In this document: positions 37,199 to 50,251 of the stretch, piece by piece
Numbering within the stretch: position 1 is the first letter of the stretch
Layout of the letters: every line of letters starts with the position of its first letter
DNA from: Nemertoderma westbladi
Taxonomy: Eukaryota > Animalia > Xenacoelomorpha
Reading direction: 5' to 3'
Length of the DNA stretch: 64,000 nt
Assembly: GCA_032718475.1 (NCBI GenBank)
Contig: JAUCBJ010007597.1
Span: 62,001 to 126,000 of the forward strand
The notes under the pieces: generated by a model
Told to the model about the DNA's origin: nothing
Database searches by the model: none
The model's input: the letters and a program-made list of their open reading frames with translations, nothing else
Made by a program: the position numbers and the translations under genes

Positions 37199-39113
37199 AA
37201 AAATTTATTGAGTTGTAACTTTTTATGTACAGTATGATAATTAAATATGAGATGAATTCGTAGTTATATTTGTGCAATATGTAATTTTAATTTCAAACGA
37301 AAGTTATATTTAGTATTGGTCTTATATATTGTCTTTACTGTAATTAATTTCAGTTTGTAACTTCGGCAAGAAGTTACGGTGGGAGTGTAATAGAATATAC
37401 TACAGTAGATATATTGATTCGGTAGATAGATAAAAAAAGAGTACTGGGGCCACTCAAGACAGTAAGATAGGGACCGGTACGGAGGGAAGAATGGACACTT
37501 GTTATGTTAGTCATTAGTACAGTCAGACAGTAGTAGGCCTACAGCAGAATTATGTATATTTAATAATTGAAACGTTTGTCTTGATGTTAGTTTATATGTT
37601 ATATATATTATAAGAAGGAAGATTTTTATATAGTGAATGTCGATTTATCCTATCCACCAGTATTAACCAAATGGGCCTACTGGAGCCCCCAGAATGTTTG
37701 AAATCCATGACAACCGCCGTATACTGGCTGACTGGTCATGCAGTCATGCTGGTTGGGTGTACCATTAGCGAATGACCAATACGGTGGCTGGGTGCCAGCA
37801 GAGCAGAACCTACTGCTTGTCAGCTTGTGCTCGCTCTGTAAGTCTGTTGTTCTGATATATAGATAATACTGAGATACATAGTCGACAAATGATCCTTACA
37901 CTCTTTTAAACACACTAAAGTGTTTTGAAGTTGGAGTGTCGAATACCGAATGTGATAAGTTCTTGCCGGTAGGAAGCTAGCTACCCAGTGGAAGAGTGTA
38001 TTGTTGCTGTTAACCAGTCATCACTATCCGAGGGATAAATGGCCTTGGGTTCGTGGAAGCTCTACAAAAATTATTATTGGGTTAACTACTCTCCAGTGAT
38101 CTGATCACCGAAGCCCGAAGGTGAGACTTAGTCTGCATGCTAGCAGAACAACGAAATCTGCTTTACCACTTAAATGATGGGTACAACTCAAAATACCTTT
38201 CCAACAAGAAGATGTGTTCTTTATTTGTGGCTACTTTTGACAATCTCATTATTTCCAAAAATTATATCACTATTAGCAATATCAATGTAATTTATAATTC
38301 AACCAACTTTGTTTGTTGGATAGCGATGTATGTTGTCTTTTAGATGCTTGCTGCTCTTCTCCCACCTTCTATTCTCTAGAACTGTTTCCAGTTTCGGAGT
38401 TCCAGTTTCCTCGAGTTTCCATGTGGTTATTGGATAGGAAACTCTCCAGAATATTCCACTACATTTCAATTAACTATGTCAATGTGATTTCCCCCATCAA
38501 TACTTGTTATTCTCAATTGATAAGTCGTATAGTATGTATCACTCTTCATTGAGAAATGTAATACGACTGTGTTTTTCAATTACTACTAGATGGTAGAATT
38601 ATGATTATTTGAAAATCTCCAGGAAAGTGAGCCAATTCTACAATCATGGAGAAACATGAAAGATTATTGCCGCAACAACCACGAACGCCTTCTCCAAAAT
38701 TAAATTGTATAGACATTTAGTAGAGACTTCATTGAAGTTATACTGAATTATACTGATTATAAATCTTGCTCTTTCTATAAATGTATCGAGGCAATCAATA
38801 TGCAAATGTAAATCAAGTTTTTTTATCAGGAAACTTTCCCAAAAAATTATATATTCGATTTGATTTCTTAAAATTTGTTGAAATAATATGTATATAGGGG
38901 AGTGTGGGGCGTCATTCTGCTTTAAAACAAACACTATTACTAAAGTATTTGATTCCCAAATTGCAACATTAGACATATATATTACTTAAACAAAAAAAAA
39001 CTTAAAAAAATATATATTACTTACTGAAAATTAATCTCTACTTTGTAGGGGACAATGAATTCCTAGTCCCCATTTTGAACCATGCCACACATACTGCTGT
39101 TTGTGGTCACTAA

Positions 39114-39325
39114 TTATTCTATTCGATTATGTTTGCATAAAAACCAGACATTAAGAAAGTTTGTAGCAAAACATGGGCATGTCTCACCCAAAATTCTGTG
39201 GACAGTGCATGCGGCTACATGTTGTACTGGCCACTGTTCCCTTCTCGCTTTCTGCAGATCAGTCCCAACTCTCACTTCTGGAGTTACATGTAAAGGAGGT
39301 TGCTTGTAAAAGGAGTTGCTAAAAT
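39114..39325 (-). pseudogene. Probable continuation of the Helitron-like Rep region beyond the MITE
   Basis: Same strand and directly adjoins 40499 once the MITE is removed; weak motif support. Confidence 0.3.
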
Positions 39326-40498
39326 TGTGGCTGGCCATGAGAAAAGGGACCTTATGTCACCGGAGGTCGATTTTGAGTTATTAAGCCTATGATATGCAGA
39401 ATTTTCCAGAGATTTTAACAAAAAAAACGGTGTCTCAATATCTATTTCCAAAAAAAGTTATAGCAATTTATATGAAGGTGAATCGGGTAGCTCTTTTCAA
39501 AATAATTTTGTTATTAAAAAAAATGGAAAATATTAAAAAATTCTTACTATATAGTTAGGCAGCTCAATGTTAATCGGCTTTTTATACAACTTTTAACACT
39601 TTGAAACTATTAACATTGTTAATGAACTATTTAAAAAAAAAATTTGCAAAATTTTCAAAAAAACATGCAACCAAAAAATTTTTTTTTTTAATTTAAATTT
39701 TTTTCAAAAAAATTTTTTTTTACAAAATTTAAAATTATTTGTATTTTCAATTCATTATTGGGAGTGTTGTAGATTTTTGTCTACCTTGTCCCACCCATAT
39801 TATAGAAAGAGTACCTAGAAAATTTCAAAAAAACTGACAGGAATTAACAAAATGACAAGTAATTTACATTCTAGAACATTACCGCCCCCTAGCGGCAGAC
39901 AAATGAATATTACAGTCTAGGATTCATTCTCCAGTATAATTTTATATTGTAGAAGGTGTCTACAAAATTTCAAAACAAACAGACAGGAATTAAGAAAATG
40001 ACAAGCAATTTAAATTCTAGAACATTATCGCCCCCTAGCGGTAGACTATTGAATATTACAGTCTGGGATTCCTTCTTCAGTGTCACTTAATATCGCAGTA
40101 GGTGCTTACAAAATTTCAGAACTAATGAACAGAAATTAACAAAATGACAGCCAGCCATATTGCATTTAAAAAAATAAATAATAAATAATAAAAAAAAAAT
40201 AACTGTAGGCCTACATTACCTACATATTAGTACAATTTATTACAGTCGCTAAATTCAGTCATGAAAACCCTAAAACAGTGGGATATACAATACTGCAACA
40301 TCTTATATTGCTTCCTGTAATTAGTTATTTCCTAGGTATATTGAATATCAGAACCAATTTGAAATTCCCTCATCGTTTTATACATTTCTAAATTGAAAAT
40401 CCAATTAAATTTGTTCAAAAATAGAGGGAAACTTTAAACGCGATTATCTCAGAATCAGGTTTTGCGACATAAGGTCCATTTTCTCGTGGCCAGCCACA
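39326..40498. mobile_element. Non-autonomous TIR element (Sola1-like MITE)
   Basis: TIR TGTGGCTGGCCAYGAGAAAAKGGACCTTATGTC (33 bp, 2 mismatches); AAT on both flanks; internal ~147-bp repeats at 39815-40150. Confidence 0.88.
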
Positions 40499-40509
40499 AA
40501 TTCTCAAAA

Positions 40510-41063
40510 TCCACAATACCATGGGCAAAGGGAATGAGGTGGCACATTAGATGTTGGTCCTTGGGTGTTGGGAGTCGTCCGACTTGTGTACCCCTTGCTG
40601 CCTTTCTTTGCCCATTTTTCCTCAGCTATTCTCGCCCCTGTAATTTTTGTCGTTAACCTGAGAATGTTCCTCCCCCCTAAATTCCCCTGCCACTTTTGTT
40701 TCTTCGAGTATATGTTTCCGATGTTCCTCCTTGCCCGCGCCGTATTTCAGTAAATAGGCCTTCATAAAGCGCACAGCACATACATGAACATTAGTACAGG
40801 CACGCATTAGAACAAAGATTCGATGTATTGTTGGAACGAAGAATTCGTGTGCCATAGCACTGTACTGATATGATCCAGCAACGAATTCATCGTTTACAAC
40901 AATATTATTATCGATATCCATGAAGGCTAATTCTAAATCTAAGAGTGACTCCAGGAATGTTTCAGAGTACAGGTTTTCTTTTGGGACAAATTTAGATTTT
41001 CCTGACTCCGGATATTTAGTGTATCAGCAAATTGGTTATCCATTTTTATCAGTGCGTTTTTTA
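40510..41063 (-). pseudogene. Helitron-like HUH Rep fragment (motif III)
   Basis: NVHVCAVRFMKAYLLKYGAGKEE (YxxKY), continuing the 44515-45256 fragment across the RTE insertion; internal stops. Confidence 0.72.
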
Positions 41064-41064
41064 C

Positions 41065-44000
41065 ACTACTACTACTAGGATTGGCATGCTGCATTGCAGC
41101 TGCATTTTAGGAATGCTGTGCCGGCTTGTCAACAAAATTGCACCGCCACAACTCCCTATCACCCATGACATTTGCTAGATCATCCGCATCTTTAAGGCCT
41201 GTGTCCTTTAAGATGCGTCTCAAGAAAGTCATGGGCTGTCCACCATGCTTATTCACTCCATGAGGCTGCCAAAGTACAAGATTATGCACTGGCTGGTCCT
41301 CACGGCGAAAGCAATGTCCTGCAAAGCGGAGGCGATTTTGTTCTAGTGTCAAGCTTGGGGGAACCAATGAGACACCTCCAATGTTATATAGTGTCTGGTT
41401 GGAGATGTGTGCATTGTACTTGACACAAAGAACCCGGCGTAGCATTCTTGTGAATGTGCCATCCAGAGATTTGGTGTCCTCAGCAGTTAGACTTGCTGAG
41501 GACTTTCAAAGTTAACTGTCATAATTTTGGTCTTTCTGGAGTTAATAAAAAGACCAACACTAGAAGCAGCATGTTCTAATGAGCTGAGGAGCCGTTGGGC
41601 TCCCTCTAATGATTCTGAGAGTACTCCTAAGTCATCAGCAAAGTCTAGATCAGTTAGGTACTTGGCAGGATTTCCTCGACTTCTGGAGCCAGTAGGTGGA
41701 GTTATCATTACCCCATCATCATTATGATGATCTAAGGACATGCGTAGAACATAGTCAACCACAATAATGAACAAGAATGGTGCAAGTGTGTCTCCTTGGA
41801 GGACGCCCCATAACACTTCAAATGGTTCTGTGTCACCGTCAACAGTAGACACAAATGTTGTCGAACCATCGTATACTGATCTGATTGCTGCAATAATTTC
41901 ATCAGGAATCCCATATAATGAAAGTATGCTGAACATACGTGAGCGAGAGACTGAATCAAAGGCCTTGAAGAAGTCAACAAAGATAACAGCCAGGTGCCTG
42001 TCTTTCTTTTTTGATAATTCTTCAATTATCCTTCTAAGTGCCAAAATGGGCTCCATGGTCCCACGACCTTTACGGAACCCATTCTGATTTCCACGGAGCA
42101 GTCTCTCAATGGGATCCCTGATGCGATTTAATAGAATCCTATTGTATAGCTTTGCAGCAATCGAGATCAATGAGATTCCCCGAAAAGAACCATAGAGTGT
42201 TAGGTTGCCCTTCTTGGGAACTGGCACCAACTTATTTGTTTTCATTTCTTGTGGGACTCTTGTTGTTCGGTAAATGTCTACTATGATGGGATAGATGAGC
42301 TTTAAACACTCAGGTATTTTAAAGACCTCAGGGGGAACACCATCTACTCCACTGGCACAATTGGTCTTAATGCTCTTTGCAGCAGCCTTAACTTCTGCAA
42401 AGGATATATCGCCAATGGGAATATCTGGGAGTACAGACTCAGACACTTTTACTTCTATAAAGTTATCAGGCAATACCCTGTCATTATTGAGGAGCTTTTC
42501 AAAGTGGGCTTTCCAACCATTGAGGCAATCGGCTGGTGATTCAGCCTTAACCTTGGTGGTTGGTTGGCTTTTTCCGCCCAATAAGCAGATTGATCGATTT
42601 CCATGCCTGGGATGATTGCCTGCTGTCGTCAGCATCATTGATGGCATCAACCTGTTGGTTTATTAGCTCCTGTAGATTAACAGAGTACTGCCTGTTCAGG
42701 GACCTAGATGCAGCCTTAACTGCATTCTTGGCCGCTGTAGTCTGTTTGAGTCGGGACTCTTTCTGCGCCTTATGAAGGTCATTTCGGCACTTCTGAATTT
42801 TGTTGTCAGTCCAGGGGGCCCTTTTCCTGTTTCGAGGGAATACAGGAACTGTTTCTGCAGCTGCTAACTTAACTGCTTCTGTAAAGGCAGTATAGCCCTC
42901 ACAGTGATCTGCCGCCTCAGAGGCAAGAGCCTCATACCTGTTGCTCAGCTGTAGTGTGAAGCTGGATCTCACACTTGGCTGTTGCAACAGAGGACCAGTC
43001 ATGCCGCGGCAAGGCAGATTTCGTTGTTCTGCTAGCACGCAGACTAAGTCTTACCTTGGCTACAATAAGGCGGTGATCACTGGAGAAGGGTCGAAGTGTA
43101 AATGCATTACAGTCTTGTATAGAGCTCCCGTATTTCCTACGAAACAGAATATGGTCTATCTGGGACTTGTGACCACTGGGTCCACTATGAGTCCATAGCT
43201 TTCCAGTTCGCTTCTTGAACTTGGTTCCAGCCGAAAACAATCCATTTCCAGAGATAAAATCCTGAAGATGGACAGAATTTCGGTTAACACTATTGCTATA
43301 GACCCAGGGCGATGTAGGTGATTGATGCAGACTCGCATTAAAGTCTCCCAGGAATGTTAAGAATGCATGCTGATCCACTCCATCAGTAGCTGCTTGTAGA
43401 TTGTGGTAGAAATTTTCCACCTCCTCTACAGGGGCAACACTAGTTGGAGAGTAGCACACAATCAGAACCACCTTAGGAAACTTCTTAGCCAGTCTTCCAG
43501 AACATGAGAAGTGGCAACGGATGATGCGGTTAGAGATTTGGTCTATTTTGTCCAATGCTGCATGTGCAGTTGGATTCATCAATAGACCAATTCCACCATT
43601 GCCACTATCATCTGCTGACACGAGGGCGAGTCGCCAACCGCCCCCCATGTCCTTAATCACAACCTCATCAGTCTGTCCAGTCTGCATTCGGTGCTCTTGA
43701 ACACCCACTGCGCTAAGAGAAAGCTTATCTGCCAAGGCAGTCAGCTCACCTTGTCGCATTGGGGACCTGAGTGTTAGGGTGTTTACTGAGGCTAGTCTAG
43801 TGACTTGCCTCAGATTCACCAATGGCTTTGTTGGTCGGGGTGGAACATGAGAGTAGCCTCCAACTCCAGAATCCCTCTCCCCATCACAATCTGGCCTCCC
43901 TGGTGACCCAGGGTTTGGGCCAGAAAGGTCATCAGGAAAGGGACTCAAAGAATTGTTGGCTGCTCTCTCTCCAGTAGGGGGTGAGACAGGCAGACGGTCA

Positions 44001-44513
44001 GGAGTTAACTGACGCCTGTGAGGCCGATTGTGTCCAGTAATTCCACTGGCCTCTAGTGGCCGGACCTCCGCATTGCTAATGTAATCCATAGTGGGGGTTG
44101 GGTGGTGCTTTTTGCCGAGTCAGCTCTCGGGGCAAATACCACACCCTGGTTTGCCATTCCACAGGGTGGGTGTCGCAATGGAGTCAGATATGAGGCCCAT
44201 CACCCATATCTACTCTGGCGCACATGACCCACCATTGGCTGTTGCAGCTCATCTGCTGGGTCATGCCCTATACCCTTGCTGCCAGGTGCAGGTCGCAGTG
44301 AAGTGCTCTCAGAGTGGACATGATAACACTCTACTCCTGACCAGCCATTGGTAGATCACCATCTGCCTGGTCAGGCCATATACCCCTGCAGCCAAGTATA
44401 TGGGTCCTTAATCCAGGACCAAGGGCGTCCTTATCCCAGAACGAAGGGGGTCCTAGTTACAGGACCAGATTTGCCCTAGTAAGAGGGTCTATGCAGCTAC
44501 AGGTGGCACCTCA
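41065..44513 (-). mobile_element. Near full-length RTE-type LINE (APE + RT), disrupted
   Basis: APE ORF 42932-44089 (VQEHR, YSPTS, GDFNA, IDHIL, SDH); RT ORF 41487-42650; two frameshifts; ~244-bp deletion at ~41489 relative to the 36-kb copy; (TAG)n tail; ~420-bp 5' UTR. Confidence 0.96.
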
Positions 44514-44514
44514 T

Positions 44515-45256
44515 TTATGCTGCATGGAGGTGGCAAGTTTTCTTGATCAATGACCTAGAATACCTGTCCTGACCTGAGTGTTTTTTACACCACGCCCCCA
44601 CGCTGTTGCAGTTATGTGTTTGTAAGTTTTGTAAGTGGTCCAAAAATTTATATTTATCCTGTACATCTCGTACTAGCCCCTCTGTAATCAGATTGTCGAA
44701 ATCAGTCCCAAAACAGGCGTGAAACAAACTTTTCGATTGCCATCAAATTCTGGAGAGGGATGTTTTGGTGTCCTCCTTATGCAGTGTGATGCCCATGTGG
44801 GTTTATTGCCAATGGCCTTCTGGTCCTGGAATTCCATTCTGTGGCCCACAGGCTTTCCACATGGCCGAGGGGTTGCTCTTTGCTGAATTCAAGCCAATGT
44901 AGTACATAGTGTACAGTCCGCATCCACACTCTCAGCAATACAACACCCCGTCGAACAAGTTGAAACTTGTAGTCCTCTGTGTGGCCATATTTGCGTTTGA
45001 TGGCATTTGTTATTGGAGCCACACCGAGTATCTCTCTATCACTACAAGTCAACGTAATGAAGTAAGTCCAGGCTCCCTCCTTTGTTAAGGTGGCCAGTTC
45101 CTTCACTTTTCTACGAGAATCAACCTCATTAAAATTTAATTTCTGTTCAATAATACCTGATTTTAATTTTCTTAAGTTTAAAAATTCAAGACCACGATTT
45201 AATACAATAGCTGCAGAATTGTTATTTAATTGAGTATTTAGAAGTACATCAAACAC
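44515..45256 (-). pseudogene. Helitron-like HUH Rep fragment (motifs I-II)
   Basis: WTYFITLTC (motif I); PLGHVESLW, then after a frameshift RMEFQD...GNKP with a damaged HUH (motif II). Confidence 0.78.
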
Positions 45257-45382
45257 GCAATCGATATAAGCTAATATTTTTTGTTAGCGCTTTTAATAAA
45301 TTATGTTCCTTCAATCTCAATTTCATATATTTTTGACTTGTAATATTCCATGCGGAGAATCTATGCATTTATGACGTCCCTA

Positions 45383-45993
45383 ACTACTACTAGGACATGC
45401 TGCATTGCAGCTGCATTTTTAAGAATGCTGTGCCGGCTTATCGACAAAATTGCACCACCACAACTCTCTATCACCCATGACATTTGGTAGATCATCCACA
45501 TCTTCAAGGGCAGTGTCCTTTAAGATGCGTCTCAAGAAAGTCATGGGCTGTCCACCATGCTTATTCACTCCATGAGGCTGCCAAAGTACAATATTATGCA
45601 CTGGCTGGTCCTCATGGCGAAAGCAATGTCCTGTAAAGCGGAGGTGATTTTGTTCTAGTGTCAAGCTTGGGGGAACCAATGAGACACCTCCAATGTTATA
45701 TAGTGTCTGGTTGGAGATATGTGCATTGTACTTGACACAATGAACCCGGCGTAGCATTCTTGTGAATGTGCCATCCAGAGATTTGGTGTCTCTCTCAGCA
45801 GTTAGAGCCCAGCATGGACTCCCATAGAGGAGTACTGGAACTACGGCTGCTCTAAATAATCGGACCTTAAGTTTCCGATTAATTCTCGGTGACCTCCAAA
45901 TCCTGGAAAGCCTATTCAAGGCTGCCCATGCCTTTCCCTTACGTATTCGAAGGTCCTCCCTGACTTCCGGATCCATGATCCCAGGTAACAGAA
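45383..45993 (-). mobile_element. 5'-truncated RTE-type LINE, more diverged
   Basis: Same 3' end and (TAG)n tail as the other copies. Confidence 0.93.
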
Positions 45994-46103
45994 TATATAC
46001 CTAGTGCAGTAGTGATAATGGATAACATATTTTAAATATAAAGTTCATAGAAACGAAGTCTGGAAGTTGATTATGATGAATGACTGGAACGATTAAACCG
46101 CAT

Positions 46104-46427
46104 CTACGGCAACCTCGCTAGCTCCAACGGCTGGTGGTACACCGTCACCAGCAATGTCGCCCTGTACCTGACCACCTCCAGCAGCTGGTGGTATGCAATC
46201 GCCCGCAACGTTACCAACGCCACCCTGGGCAGCTCCAGCGGCACCCATATCACCGGTGCAGTCACGGCCAACTGAATATGCCGCCGCTCGATTATGACGT
46301 CTGAGAGGTCAATATATGGGTTGTATTGCCGCCCTCGACGTCCGCGCCGACTCATACGACCTCGTCGTGGGTTATTACTCATTACATTTATGATGGGGTT
46401 ACGTCTGTTTATATGTATGCGGTCCAT
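46104..46427 (-). other. Small GC-rich ORF with Arg-rich N-terminus, coding status uncertain
   Basis: RRGRMSRRGRRGRQYNPY; GC-rich island in AT-rich flanks. Confidence 0.25.
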
Positions 46428-46451
46428 GTTTCTACATTAGGTATGCTTAAT

Positions 46452-46684
46452 AATCAATTTGGTGCACACCACTTGTGTTTGTTTTTTTAAATAGCGCATT
46501 TAAAGGAAAAGTAACAGGTTAATGACGCGGGCTTTTCTAACCAAAACAATAAACGATCACTTTTCCATTTCAGGGAAACCATATGCTCAGACAGTCAGTA
46601 GTCGAATGGTCAGACACTCAGTAGTCACTCTATGCTCTATAACCAAAAAAATCGGGCAGCCAAGTGGTGTGCACCAAATTGATT
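46452..46684. mobile_element. 233-bp MITE-like element
   Basis: Perfect 24-bp inverted repeat AATCAATTTGGTGCACACCACTTG; TSD not resolved. Confidence 0.75.
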
Positions 46685-46989
46685 TGAGCCGGGTATTAGA
46701 TTAGTATTAGGATTACACTATTAACAATTACAGAATTAATTATACTATTAAGCACAAGAAATCACACCAAACAACCAAATCACAAACCAAATCACACACC
46801 AAATCACAAACAAATTCACAAACCAAATCATAAAAAATAACCGCAAACAAAACCAATTTTTTTTCGCTGTCGCCGAACATATATCTGTATATGAATCACC
46901 GGCAGTGATGGGAGTTCACTGCCGGCACTCTGTCGGGGCTTCACCCAACCGACAACATACCAGCCGCCGGAGTTGTTTACTCCCCCAAT

Positions 46990-47978
46990 GGGCATAAATC
47001 TCTATTGGCATAAATGATGCAGTTATATGCTTCAATGATGGTTATCAAGGAAGAGTTGGTGTCCTAGACCAACTTATCAGTAGTTCAAAGAAAACGGTTA
47101 AGGATTTTCAGACATTTGACCGAAAGCGAATCCTGCAAGCTGACCGGAAAATATCCAAATTAGAGCGCCAGTCTAGAATTCTACGGCGACAAAGGCGGAA
47201 ACGAAAACTTCCTACTGGGCCGAAAACATATGATAGTGGAATGTTCTAGACCACTTTATGTATTTGATATACTCCATGCTCCTTAGTTATATAGTTGCTG
47301 TTTGCCATAAATATAATTGTGTTTTTACATTGTAAAATAATTGTATGTTCGAATGAAAATTATTGTATGATCGAAGGTAATAATAAAGTTTACATATTCA
47401 CTGAACTTTAAACATGTTTTTTCTGCCGCTTGCATTTGTCGCGTGCAGTTTTCATTCATGTACCTCTTTCTCAACAACTACTGAAGGTATAGGTATGAAA
47501 TTCTGGGACCTTGTACAGAATTTCCAGCTCTTTCTTAATGGCCTCAATGACATAGATTAATCAATGTGGTTGTGCGGTCTCAAAGTCAAAAAATTCTTTT
47601 TTGAGTTTGAGACATTGGCAAACCCAAACACATTGATGGATTTATGTCATTGAGGCCATTAAGAAAGAGCTGGAAATTCTGAACAAGGTCCCAAAATTTC
47701 ATACATCTACCTTCAGTAGTTTTTGAGGAATAGGTACATGAATGAAACTGGCACGTGATAAATGCAAGCGGCAGAAAATGACGTTTAAATCGCAAATTTA
47801 CATTACCGCAAATTTACATTACCGCTAATGAACATTTCATGCTTATATGGGTCTCTGGTGCATGAAATGATTATCCTGATGCCACCAAAACTTGTCCAAC
47901 ACAAATATTCATCATTTGGAGTTAAAATCTGTAGGAATATTTTTTTTTAGTTTTTTCAATTTTTCATGTTGAGCCACC
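46990..47978 (+). mobile_element. 3' remnant of a Kolobok transposon
   Basis: C-terminus DAVICFNDG...DRKRI...RRQRRKR...YDSGMF* (stop ~47248); ~165-bp internal inverted repeat; terminus GAGCCACC followed by TTAA. Confidence 0.78.
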
Positions 47979-48218
47979 TTAATAACTATTTATTCACAAA
48001 GAGTGACCAATACATTCTATTTGTAAAGTAATATATTTTATCTAATAAACTTTAACATTAGAGCTCTGTAAAATCAATATAGGGAAGAATGGAAAAGATA
48101 TATACTTTATATGTCTAGACTCTTTCATTACACTGAAAGTCAACTTGTTTTCCGTTACAATAGACACTGGTGCTTTACTTTACACATAAGGTACATTTCC
48201 TATTTATTTATTACTCAC

Positions 48219-49549
48219 TTCTAGGTGCGCTTTATTGAAGAATAATGAGGTAAACTCATTACTGCAGAAATAATGAGGGCGGATACGTCGTGACTCATTA
48301 TCGAATACTTCCTCAAGCACAACATCGGCCTTAAGTACCCAAACGGGGTCCACTATTCGAAAACAGGGACATGGCCTACCGTAGTAGGTGCCCCTGCACA
48401 CTGCCCCTCTGCATCCTTGGACGATGTTGATCTGTAACTATAAAATATATTGTGTGAAAATATATTATAATATTTTCATATATAAAATACCTTTTAGGGT
48501 TAGCCAATCAATGTAAGCATCAATGTAATGCCCCTCATATATTGGTGCATTGTTTATTACCTCGCGTAAAGTCGCCCTCTCATATCCGGGAGGAAGTGCG
48601 GAATACCGATCCATAGTTAAATAACTCTATGAAATATATATAGATAACCAATTACTAAAATAATTTATTATTAATATTATTACAGTATTATTATTAATAT
48701 ACATTGTAGTACCTGTGCTTCTGTGTCACAATATAACAATCCAATGCCAGCAACGATAACGGATATATTTCATAAAACAATATGAATGACACTGTTCATA
48801 ATATAGACCAATTTTCTTTGCATCAGATGATATTATTAGCACCACGATCTTGTTCCATATGGTTGCCAAACTCAGTAGTTAATACCACGAATAAACATGA
48901 GTAAATTCTACTGAGGGCTTCAAGGACAATGGAGTTACCAAAAACAACGTCAGGAGATTGGTTTGTTAGTTGTGCGACAAATTCCGCAAAAGGCAGTCAT
49001 ATGGCCCAGGGGCATACTTATCGGAAAATTCCCATGAATGCTCCAGGAAAAAGTCCTGCACTTTCTTTCTGATCATCAGCGGTAATTCCTTGAGATGAAA
49101 TACGGAATGCATCAAACATACTGTTTCCAACCCCACGTAAAACAAAAACAAAAACATACTGAACTCACACAAATGAACATAATTTAGTATATACACCCGG
49201 AAAAAAAGCATAGTCCTACTTTTAATTAAAACAATTTATCGATAAGAGCATTTTGAAATCCGACTCAAGCATAATTTCCTAAAACTGTCTGTTGGACGTC
49301 CTGTTGGTTTACATAAATTTAACTCAATAACAATTATTATATGGAATGAAATACTTACATTAAATATATCATCGTATTATATCCCAACTTTGGCTTTTTG
49401 GAATATCCTCCCTCATTGGTGGTTTTAGTGTTAAATCTCTTCGCCGGTGTTACTATGTGCATGATCCTTGCTTCGAGGAACCTTCCCTCCATCAACGTCC
49501 TCCGCTGAGTTAGAGTGCGCAGATCGACGATCTGCCTATGAGCAGCCAT
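48219..49549 (-). pseudogene. Spliced paralog of the Cys4/GWxxxGW gene (first coding exon 49549-49359, Cys exon 48431-48219, degraded exons between)
   Basis: QIVDLRTL...EGRFLEARIM...YNTMIYL aligns with EVITLAQL...EGNRLFATIL...YDRMFVM; CRGAVC...CPC...WVL...SNEFTSLF aligns with CGGWLC...CVC...WAL...SWSLTKLF; GTAAGT/GTGAGT donors and CAG acceptors. Confidence 0.68.
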
Positions 49550-50251
49550 TCTCTGAAACGTACATATTAAAAACATTATCAAAGTTTTATCATACGATTA
49601 ATGTTGTCACATAACTTGTGTTTTGGCATGGTCACTGTTCAGCCCTGATTTTTTATTATGCTACATCAAAATTATCTAAACGTTCTAAAAATTTTGTCTA
49701 CTAAATACACATACAAAAATACAAAAAAAAATTACCAAGCCATTGCTGAGATATAAGCGTCCAAAGATTAAACCGACCGACAGACAACATGATGATTTTT
49801 GACATTTGACATTTGAGATGGTACCCTTATGCTAAGCTCGCTCACTTTGGTGGCTAGCCCCACATACTGCATTGCATACTTATTTGTTTTACTGTAGGTT
49901 TACCTAAAAAAATAAATTAACAAACTTGAAACGCGTAGTGATTTTTTAGTCCGAAGTTAGCATATTAAAGAACAAATTTCGGTCATAAAATGTAATAAAA
50001 TGCTTGTCTGAAGTTAGCAGTGGTCATGGGGTAACTTCGGACAAAGTTTAATTAAAAAAAAATCAAACAAGATTAAAAAAATTTTTTCTTTAAACTTTTT
50101 ATATATAGATGAGATGTTCATCGACGTACCATCGATGTACCATCGAGCTCGCGCTGAATGAGTTTGGAGATATTAATAGCCAGCATTGCTGCTTGAAGTT
50201 CTGCCCGAGGGATGGTCATATATTTCATGGGCATTGTCTTTGCCTTCGAAG

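Noticed and set aside
37200-39100. Further RepHel coding sequence
   Set aside because: No recognisable motifs in any frame by eye; needs a translated search.
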